Shown here: in pieces, positions 1 through 8,172 of the stretch | Layout: every line of letters starts with the position of its first letter | Position numbering within the stretch: the stretch's first letter is position 1 | NCBI GenBank assembly: GCA_008632985.1 | Contig: QPGO01000024.1 | Location: 697,848-723,564, forward strand | Direction of reading: 5' to 3' | DNA from: Psammoneis japonica | Taxonomy: Eukaryota | Length of the DNA stretch: 25,717 nucleotides | The notes under the pieces: generated by a model | Database searches by the model: none | Told to the model about the DNA's origin: nothing | The model's input: only the letters and a program-made list of their open reading frames with translations | Program-made: the position numbers and the translations under genes

Positions 1-117
1 TTGGAGAAGACAGTGACAGATAGAAAAACAAGAAGCCTATTCCCTTCGATAATTCACCAATTCTAGGACCACTTGGAATTTTTCCCCGAGTCTTTCTCGT
101 TACTGCCAACTCTAGAC

Positions 118-1230
118 TCATTCAATCTTTCGAATGGTGTCTTCCAGTTTCTTTTTGCCACTCACAACGTCCTCCCACTGTCCAAAGTCGACTAATGAAA
201 AATCAAAACCGCTCCTTGCCACCTCCTCGAGATACCGCGACAATCCCACCAACTCCACATCACGCTTGCCTCGAGACTTTTTTCGAAAGTACGCCGTCAC
301 TTTGAGACCGCTATTCAAATTGAGTGCAAAATTTCGAGACAAGTCATCCAAATGAATGGTATTTTTCCCAGACCACTGGGGAAACTTGGTCCAGATGATT
401 TGAAGAGGCTTGACGTGATGCTTCAAACTCGAGCCGTCTCTTTTCTGAGACTTGATTGCAAACATGCTAGTCTTGTCCAACACAAAGCAAAACTTGTATC
501 CAGCGTTTGTCAACATACCGAGTTCTGTAAGCTTCGTTTCTAGCCATCGCCAAGAGGTCTGAGACCAAACGACCAGGTCGTAGTTGCAATAGGCTGTAGT
601 GAGAAACTCGTCCATAAATGGACGCTTCATACGAGCTGCAGCAGAAGCTAAGTTGTGATCTTGTTCTTGTTGAAGACTTCTACTGGAAAAGTCCAGCAAT
701 GTGTGATCCAGATCCAGAACCATTAGCGGTTTGTTTGGCCTAGGCGGATTCATAATGTGCACCGTTGTGGATTCGGTAAATTTCTTCAAGTTCTCGCCGT
801 TTGCCACGTGGTTGATCCACTCTTCCGAACCAGCCGAGAAGTCAAGCTCAAAGTCATCAATTACGTCCGGGAGATCATCCTTGTCGGAAGGATCCACAAA
901 GATATGCTCTTCTGGTGTACCCATTAATATAAAAGAATGTGTAATTGTCGGTCCACCGGCCTTCTTTGGTTGGCGAAGTTGAGCCAGTTCCACCTGATCT
1001 GTCAATGTCTGCTTCTTCGCAGCCATGGATAAACCAACGAGTTTTTGTCGTTTGGGCAAAACACCTGTTTGATCTGTAATCATAGATTTGACTTGGCCAA
1101 TTGTGGTAGAGGGTGATAGATCAGACAACGTGATGCGTTCTTTGCCCCACTTGGCGACTAGCGTAATGCTCGTGGGCGGCGAAGCGTTGACGGCGTCATT
1201 CATGACTTCTTCCTCTTTGTTTTCAGCCAT
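118..1230 (-). CDS. UBLCP1: Ubiquitin-like domain-containing CTD phosphatase 1 (proteasome-associated HAD phosphatase), 370 aa
   Basis: N-terminal ubiquitin-like domain (KWGKE...TIGQVKSMITDQTGVLPKRQKLVGL...LMGTPEE) followed by an FCP/NIF phosphatase domain with the DxDxT motif (LMVLDLDHTL), KRPFMDEFL, VWSQTS and TIHLDDLSRNF. Start placed at ATG 1230 (MAENKEE); the upstream part of the ORF-track call looks non-coding. Confidence 0.92.
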   Translation of the reverse strand: MAENKEEEVMNDAVNASPPTSITLVAKWGKERITLSDLSPSTTIGQVKSMITDQTGVLPKRQKLVGLSMAAKKQTLTDQVELAQLRQPKKAGGPTITHSFILMGTPEEHIFVDPSDKDDLPDVIDDFELDFSAGSEEWINHVANGENLKKFTESTTVHIMNPPRPNKPLMVLDLDHTLLDFSSRSLQQEQDHNLASAAARMKRPFMDEFLTTAYCNYDLVVWSQTSWRWLETKLTELGMLTNAGYKFCFVLDKTSMFAIKSQKRDGSSLKHHVKPLQIIWTKFPQWSGKNTIHLDDLSRNFALNLNSGLKVTAYFRKKSRGKRDVELVGLSRYLEEVARSGFDFSLVDFGQWEDVVSGKKKLEDTIRKIE

Positions 1231-1686
1231 TTTCGTCCATGAGTTCGACGTCAAAACGTGTATATGGGTCGACCAGTAGCAAAAAGATGGATTTGGACTT
1301 GGAAGTTGAGGTGATGAATGGCAAATGACATTGGTTGATGCGTTGTCGTTTCTTGTCGTTGCATCGGTCGCATCATGCGAACAAATTCTCAGCGAAAACC
1401 CTAACCCTACTGCGCAGCGAGTCACATAACATTCTATTCGCTCTATCTCATCTCTCACTACTGTATGGAAATAGACAATGAGTAAGGCCAAATTTATCTG
1501 TAGCTACAAGCACGAGAAGCTTCTTGCGTCGACAAGCGAAGTAAAGCACAAGAACTGCTTCAACTTTACATAAACACCATACTGTGAACTGGCTAGTAGA
1601 TGCAACTATCTTTTGTAACAAAGTTCTAATGCTAAATATTTCTTCCGTTCTGTCTGTCAGGCTTGCCGAAGTCTTATCCAGAGTTT

Positions 1687-3646
1687 TCACATGTCTTTCC
1701 GTTCATTCTTTACTGTCTGGCTTCTTAAATTCTTGGTTACTAAGAATCCAATGAAGAGAAGAACTAGTAGAAGAGCGCAGTTGTCCCCAAAGCGTGAGTC
1801 GGAAACAACTCTAGGAAGGCTAGACTCATCTACTTGCAACCTCCTTCCGAGAGCAAAGCGCGTGCTTGGAATTCCTTCATCTGGCCAGTACCACGTAGTG
1901 AGGAATTTGAGTATGAGTTCTCTGTCCCAATTTGCCATCTTGTTGTCGCGCCAACACGCTGGGCACATTTTGCGGGTTGGAAACTTGGAGGAAAGAATCT
2001 CTTGGTCGGAAACTTCTCGTCCCTCCCTTGCTGCGCTCTCTTTCATGAGACGAGCATTCACACTATTGTGCACTTCCCACAGCCACATTGGGAGTTCCTT
2101 CTGAAGCTTGTCAGATGCCAACGGATCACTTCCGTCGTTTCTAGGTGCTAGACTTGGCATGATACCCAGAAGTCGATGGCAATGGTCATGTCCGCAATTC
2201 TGATACATGTCTTTGAAGTTGAATCGGCAGACATCGCATGGAAAGAATTGAATGATGAATCTTGTTATGATCTGAGCTACATCTCGAGGAGACGTCAATG
2301 AACCAGATCGGAAGCCGTAGACCTGCTGGCTCGGGAGAGTGGAACCGATGGTCAATATGTGAAACAAATCCCACAACCCGCAAGTCAAGCCCATGCCTCG
2401 CTCTCCGTGAGTGCATGCTTCAGTCCACTTGCTGTTCTCTCGAATCAAATGTACCGCGTTGGTTGATGCTACCTTTCCAAGTGGCACATCACCTCCTAAT
2501 CCCAGTACAACGTGTCGTTGCTGTGGCGCTACCAAACCGCCCCACAAGCCTCCATTTGCATCAGTTGCCTGATGCTTTTCCACAAGAGTAACGAGCTTTA
2601 TCGTACCGTTGACAATTCCAGCCATATTGTCTCGTACGTCGGCAACCAAACCGGTACGGACATGCCAAGAGCGTGGCGTCGCCCAGTCAAACAAGTCAAG
2701 GAAGTCCTTAAGAGCAAGAGCCCGCCGATTGCTCAAAGTGTTTTGCTGATCAATGAAAACTGCGTTCTTGAGAACATACGCCAAGCTGGCTGCTGCATTG
2801 TGGTAGCGCTCATTCGTGTTGGACCGATATTGGTGCCATTTCAGCTTCATGTTTGCGGCCTCTTTCCCCTTGAGAATCAAGCTCTTGTTGAACTCTCTTT
2901 CATCAGCACTATCAGTAAAGTTGAAGCTCTGGATATCCTTGTCTTCGTGAGCTAATGTGATTTCAAGTGCTTCTGCTATACTGTCGGCAGTCATGGGCTG
3001 CTGATTGGTTGGGTTTAGTTCGATGCCCTCCTCTTCCCAGGGCAATGAGCCAACAGGCCATCCATATACAATTGGGAAGCCATTTATCCCATAGGCCCGA
3101 CAAAGGGGCCGATACAAAGCGCAGGAGACTGCATGGAATTCGACTTGTGTTTCAATTGTTCGACGAGTAACTTCACGTGCGATATCAACATACTCGTACT
3201 TGAAGTGCTTACAGTGCCTACAAACAAAAGATGTATTTCAAAATGTGAGTTTTCTCGGTGAGGTGGATGAAAACAAAAACGACATCGAGCAAATACAATA
3301 CTTACGGACAATATGGCGAGTAGAACTCTACAACGTGTGCGGTTTTTGCCGTGTCAAGGTCAAGAAATACCAACTCCTCATCCTCGGGGGCGTCCTTGTC
3401 AAGGTCTACGATCGACCGTTCACCGGTGTCAATGAGGCTATATTGCATGTCGGTTTTCTCTTTCTTTGGTTTTTCAAGAGAATTTGCATTGGAGTCTGTC
3501 CACTCGGGCTTCAGGTAATAATACTCCTGGACTGGCTCCGAGTTTTCCTCATCATCCAAATAGAACATCTGTGCAAGCTCGTCATCGGTAAAGTCGTGAG
3601 AGTAATCGCCAAGTTCATCTTCTTCTTCTTTTCGGTCTTTCGACAT
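1687..3646 (-). CDS. Quiescin/QSOX-like sulfhydryl oxidase (thioredoxin + Erv/ALR FAD domain, C-terminal TM helix); exons 3646-3306 and 3217-1687
   Basis: An 88-nt GTAAG...TTTGTAG intron (3305-3218) joins VEFYSPYC-P to HCKHF and rebuilds the thioredoxin CPHC motif in frame with the 1687-3117 ORF. Erv motifs: GLTCGLWDLFHILT, FFPCDVCRFNF, WLWEVHNSVNARL, FPTRKMCPAC. Hydrophobic ALLLVLLFIGFLV near the C-terminus. The start codon (aaaaATG at 3646) is uncertain. Confidence 0.85.
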
Positions 3647-3782
3647 TTTTGGGGGGAGGGAGCAGTTTGAGATGACCTGTGAATCGTTACAGCTGAACCG
3701 CACGAGTCACTGCGGAATGAAAGGCTCGCGACTGGATCAGATAATCCAGTGTTGGAATACCTCTCGAGCAAAGCGACTAGGG

Positions 3783-3800
3783 CTAGCTACATGTAGCTAG
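3783..3800. repeat. Perfect 18-bp palindrome CTAGCTACATGTAGCTAG
   Basis: The sequence equals its own reverse complement. It lies in a CTAG-rich tract upstream of the QSOX-like gene. Confidence 0.9.
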
Positions 3801-4109
3801 AAGTGCTTGTAGTCTTGACCACAACGCTAATCGATGTTAATCCCGACACCCCAACATGCGTCTTCTCAACTGACTGCGATGGGATGGATGGAGAAATCTG
3901 AAAATCAAAAATCCAACGCACCGACTATGTGGGAAAAAAGGAAAAACAGGACTGGTTGTGTCGTGAAACGCGATCTTCCGCTATATTCAATAAATCGGTT
4001 CGTGTATATGGATACAGCACATCTTCTGTGCTGTGCACTGTGCACTGACGTAGAATCAGTACTGGCGCCTACAGAGCATACTATAGACCGAAGTACACGT
4101 CACGCGTGG

Positions 4110-4158
4110 TCGTGGGTAGTCGTGGTATTGATCGTACCTGGTCGTACTTGTAGTCGTA
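4110..4158. repeat. Array of five TCGT(G/A) motifs with 10/12/10/12-bp spacing
   Basis: TCGT begins at 4110, 4120, 4132, 4142 and 4154. Confidence 0.6.
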
Positions 4159-4297
4159 GAAAAGCAACGGAGGCACTGCGCTCACCAGAATTGAGAGTCG
4201 CTCGTCGAAACGCGAACGAGTGAAGCACGGCGCGATACCACTGTAGACAATGATGAACAACGCTATGTATTTCTATGTATTGGTAAGTCCTGTCCTC

Positions 4298-6406
4298 TTA
4301 CAGTTTTGCCATATCGAATGTAGGCTTGTGATTGACACCCTTGTTGCACGTCCTGAACTTTGACAGGGGCCCAGAATTCTCTTGCAAAAAACAATCAACC
4401 TTGCCGTCGCAGCAGTCGTCAAGGCACTGTACGACCCTAGCGGCTCGATATGCAAAGCTTTTGATAGGATCTTCCAAGGACTTACCGGCGCGCACCTGAT
4501 CTTTCACGTCCTGGCATGCATCCACAAATACCTGAACCTTGGTAGCAGCGTCCTTGGTGGATTTAAATTCAGATTGGTGGTCACGATCAAACTGTACGAC
4601 GGCATCACCTGTGGACTTGGTTTTTTTGGTGTTCCTTTCATCTTGAGCTGGGTCAGTAGCAGCTCGCTTCTCCCTTGCACTGTTGGCATTGGTGAGTACT
4701 TCAAAAGTTGTAGACTGTGCAGCACGCACTCTTTCTGCAGCCGACTTGTCGTGCATTCGCATCACCACCTCTGCCTTGCTAGATCCAAGCTCACGAATCA
4801 AGAACTGCTTCATTTCTTCTTCATCAGACAAGTCCGGGGTGTATGATGTAGCTTTTGTGAACAGCTGCTTGACAGTCAATAAGTTGCTCTGCTGCACACC
4901 AAGCAGTTCCGTCACGCACCAATCAGCAAGTTCTGGTAGAGGCTTGCGGTACCTGGCAGAGTCTACCATGACGGATGCAAATGAAGAAAGATGCTTCATA
5001 TGGATGGGCTCCCATTTACCAACACGGTGAGCATCCTTGTCCTTTTCCCTATCAACTAGAGCCTTCAGTGTGCCACTGTCAGAAAGGTAAGTCGCGGCAC
5101 TTGACACATTCTTGTGACGAGCGCTCAGCAACATGTTCGCTTCGGCCATCTCACCCAGCCGCCCTCCGTCACGCGTAGAGCCCCATTCAGCAAACGCAAA
5201 GCCAGTCCTTCGAAGAATGTGTGTTCCAATGATTTCAGTTGACATCTTGTCAATGTCTCTTCCCAGAATGGTTTCGCAAGCAAACTTGAAAAAATCCAGG
5301 AGCGAGTCGCATGGAAAATTTTCGTCGTGATGTTCCTTGTTGAGCTCCAACTCGTCTCTAGTGGGAAACAACTTGCCCGACTTGATGCCAGAATAATGCA
5401 TCCAAAGGAGAATGGCAATAGTTCCTGAGAATTCAGGACATTCTTCATCGTCCCAAATCATGAAATGAAGATCCTTCTCGTCACGCTTGCCACGGATTTT
5501 GGTGCAGAGACCCTTGACGGCATTTTCCGACACTTGGAAGTACTCGGTGACAAACTTTTCAACCGTCATCTCCAAAACTTCTTCACAGCGTAGAAATGAC
5601 TTTGTACCAACAACAATGATAGTCCAAAGCATTAGATGATGCTTGTCATTATGTGACAAACAGCAGTCTCGAATAGCCCGCACCTCGCCCGGCAAGAATG
5701 CAAAAGCACTTCTAGCTTCGCAGCAGTTTGATGCGCAGTCTTGCCATTGGTCAATTGCAGCCTTGAAATCTTCATGTTTGGTGGCATTTCCACGACGCCA
5801 GAAATGGGGATCACCAGGGTGTTTGCGGCATCCAGTGCCCTTTCGGGCTTCCTCCTCGCCAATCTCATGACAAGCAGTGCACATTTCTCGGTGTTCGCCA
5901 TTGGTCGTTTCGCAGTGCTTGTGAAGCTTGCTCATGGCAGTGCGGAAGAGCCCAATGGAAGAATGACCTTTCCAATCACCAATGCAGGTGATAGGGTTTC
6001 CATACCGGTCCTTTACAGGAGCGTTCGTGCGGTTGTGAAGTAGTGGTTCGCCTTTTTGTTTTGTCCTGAACTGAGCAAACTGGATTGCTGCATCCAAATT
6101 CGAAGGAAAAGGATCTGATGGACACAAGTCACGTGCCGGCAGCATGGCACTTTCAGAATCATCAATCAGGTAGCAGAAGTCACGAAAAAGCCTCCATATG
6201 GGTTCATGCCGTGCAATAGAACTAGTCGCAACAGCGTCAGTGCCCACTTCGCCGGTCTTTTTGTTCTTTCCTGTAATTGCAAGTTTTGGTGACGTTGTGT
6301 CAAGCTTGTACTTCTTCAGTGTCTTATTCAAGCTCGACTCACCAAGAGAGCGGGTTTGCTGCGTTATTTTGAATCCGCCGCCCTTCAAAATAACGTAAGA
6401 TGTCAT
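4298..6406 (-). CDS. Tyrosine recombinase/integrase of Crypton type, 702 aa from first ATG
   Basis: Catalytic residues in canonical order: FLR(C)EE (Arg, codon 5590-5588), KIRGKRD (Lys), GTHILRRTG (HxxR), SARHK (His), AATYL (Tyr, TAC at 5089-5087). Also a CxxC...CxxH cluster upstream. The ORF track starts at a TTG (6505); the first ATG is at 6406. Confidence 0.85.
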   Translation of the reverse strand: MTSYVILKGGGFKITQQTRSLGESSLNKTLKKYKLDTTSPKLAITGKNKKTGEVGTDAVATSSIARHEPIWRLFRDFCYLIDDSESAMLPARDLCPSDPFPSNLDAAIQFAQFRTKQKGEPLLHNRTNAPVKDRYGNPITCIGDWKGHSSIGLFRTAMSKLHKHCETTNGEHREMCTACHEIGEEEARKGTGCRKHPGDPHFWRRGNATKHEDFKAAIDQWQDCASNCCEARSAFAFLPGEVRAIRDCCLSHNDKHHLMLWTIIVVGTKSFLRCEEVLEMTVEKFVTEYFQVSENAVKGLCTKIRGKRDEKDLHFMIWDDEECPEFSGTIAILLWMHYSGIKSGKLFPTRDELELNKEHHDENFPCDSLLDFFKFACETILGRDIDKMSTEIIGTHILRRTGFAFAEWGSTRDGGRLGEMAEANMLLSARHKNVSSAATYLSDSGTLKALVDREKDKDAHRVGKWEPIHMKHLSSFASVMVDSARYRKPLPELADWCVTELLGVQQSNLLTVKQLFTKATSYTPDLSDEEEMKQFLIRELGSSKAEVVMRMHDKSAAERVRAAQSTTFEVLTNANSAREKRAATDPAQDERNTKKTKSTGDAVVQFDRDHQSEFKSTKDAATKVQVFVDACQDVKDQVRAGKSLEDPIKSFAYRAARVVQCLDDCCDGKVDCFLQENSGPLSKFRTCNKGVNHKPTFDMAKL

Positions 6407-6545
6407 CGTCGAGTGTGTGTTTTCTCTCTCGCGAACGAGAAATGCGAGTTTTTGATGATTTTCTTTTGGCGCGCCCCTCGAGTTTTCGAATGACCCTTTG
6501 GACAAAGCTACTTAGGGACGAAAGAAAGTCAAAAATTACTTATCA

Positions 6546-6592
6546 GTGCACCGCTGTGCACCGGAAACTATGCCAGTGCACTTGAAGTGCAC
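6546..6592. repeat. Array of four GTGCAC palindromes (two more at 4033 and 4040)
   Basis: GTGCAC begins at 6546, 6556, 6576 and 6587 (spacing 10, 20, 11). Confidence 0.75.
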
Positions 6593-6792
6593 CGCCCCCT
6601 TCAACTAAGCACACGTCACTATCTCAAAATATCACCCCCCCTCTGGTGCCTATAGATACACTTGTCGCTCCGTCCGTTCGGAAACGCTATCGCGCACCGC
6701 ATGCAAGCACTCAATCAGGCACGCGGATTGCGTATTGCGTTGCGTTGCGCTTATCTTTACCCGCATGGGCACTGCCAGTTTCGTCATGATTC

Positions 6793-7956
6793 ATGATGTC
6801 CTTTCGATTCCTAGTTTCGATACTGAACACACTCTCTTGCTTTGGGTTGGTGAACGCGATTGAAAAGGTACGCGTAGTCTAACCGGAAGCAACAGGATTC
6901 CCAATCCCAACGAGGCACAGTAGCGGCTCAATTTCGATCCACGGAGCATGCAGGATACGCTCATGTTTTTTCGTTGTCGTTTCTTTTAAGGTTATGCCCG
7001 GCCACACATTGCAAAATGATCATTACAGCCCATTGCCTCATACATACATTGCGATGTCGGAACTTCCGGAATCATTCTTGGCGCCTTTTTTGACTGCATC
7101 GAGGAATCAACACATTCCTCAGTACTGTGGTTCTTGTTGGGCTCACTCGTCCACTAGCTCCTTGTCTGATCGATTAAATATCGCACGTAACTCAACACAT
7201 GGTCCAGAGATCAATCTTTCTATCCAGTTCCTCTTGAATTGTGGAGCAGAAATTGCAGGCTCTTGTCAAGGCGGATCAGCCACGGGAGCATACGAGTTTG
7301 TGAAAAAGAAAGGCTTCATCCCATACGACACGTGTCAGCCGTACATTGCGTGCTCCTCTGATTCTACCAATGGCTTTTGCAGTTTTGTTGACACGTCGTG
7401 CTCTCCACTTAATATCTGTCGAACGTGTACAAATCCGTCAAAGGGCGGAAAGTGTGTTGCGATCGCAAGGTTTCCCAACGCGACGGTCGCTGAGTATGGC
7501 ACTTATCACAATGATATTCACGCCATAATGGCAGAGATCTATGCGAGAGGTCCGGTGAAGGCTTCTATCAATGGCAAACAAATCGAGGCCTACAAGGGAG
7601 GTATCATTTATGATGATCCTGCCTTGAGGAATATGACACATAATCACGGTGTATCAATTGTTGGCTGGGGCAAAGAAAAGTCAACCAGCGTACAGTTCTG
7701 GATAGTCCGTAATTCTTGGGGTCAATATTGGGGTGAGATGGGTTTCTTTCGGGTTGAGCTCGGGAAAAATCTTCTTGGAATCGAAAACCACATTGCCTGG
7801 GCGACGCCGGGCTTTTATTCCACAAGCAATTTCCCCTGTGACGAGGATGGAAAGAATTGTGAGCAATGGCAATATGCCAAATACACCGATCCCTCTGCAA
7901 ATCTTGCCGCTGTGAAACGGCGTCTCCGGCTAGATCGAAAGCGAGGATTAGGATAG
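6793..7956 (+). CDS. Cathepsin Z/X-like papain-family (C1A) cysteine protease; exons 6793-6867 and 6991-7956
   Basis: RNQHIPQYCGSCWAH (cathepsin Z/X HIP mini-loop, oxyanion Gln and catalytic Cys), NHGVSIVGWG (His), VRNSWGQYWGEMGFFR (Asn). Exon 1 encodes a signal-peptide-like MMSFRFLVSILNTLSCFGLVNA-IEK, joined by a phase-0 GTACGC...TTTTAAG intron (6868-6990). Confidence 0.92.
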
Positions 7957-8172
7957 CTACCAGGCAGAGAGAAGACGAGGCAAACCATCGCTTGCCTACT
8001 CTCTCTACTAGCTAGCTAGTAGCTAGAGTAGAGACCTACCTCCTGATCCACAAGGTTCGGACAGATCGCCAGACGTGGATGATTACTGCGTTCCGCGTGG
8101 TATGCTATCCGCAATCATTCTTAATCATCGCATCAAACATCGAATCTTTCCTTCCCTGATGTAGTGGCAGTC

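Larger units (their letters stand above)
4091..6619 (-). mobile_element. Crypton-like tyrosine-recombinase DNA transposon (boundaries tentative)
   Basis: Single intronless YR ORF; no RT, gag or DDE ORF and no LTRs or long TIRs seen. Flanked by AAGTACACGTCAC (4091-4103) and AAGCACACGTCAC (6607-6619), with periodic motif arrays just inside each end. Composition differs from neighbouring genes (TA-poor). Confidence 0.7.

Noticed and set aside
1231..1491. 87-aa N-terminal extension of UBLCP1 in the ORF track
   Set aside because: Begins at a non-ATG codon and reads like UTR/promoter; the ATG at 1230 directly precedes the ubiquitin-like domain.
4007..4011. TATGG as a CryptonS-type terminus
   Set aside because: No matching TATGG found at the other end (only CATGG near 6764); a single 5-mer is not evidence.
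3834..4223. 129-aa plus-strand ORF as a second gene of the element
   Set aside because: Crosses the putative boundary and repeat arrays, with no motif or coding-like composition.
4382..6043. Several antisense ORFs over the recombinase gene
   Set aside because: Expected when TAA/TAG are depleted by TA loss; no protein-like features.
4298..6406. Classical RIP or CpG-deamination decay of the element, or a DIRS/prophage origin
   Set aside because: CpG is abundant, TA is depleted rather than enriched, and there are no premature stops. No RT/RNase H, gag or phage genes are adjacent.
6728..6750. (TTGCG)n short tandem run
   Set aside because: Only 3-4 imperfect units; ordinary microsatellite.
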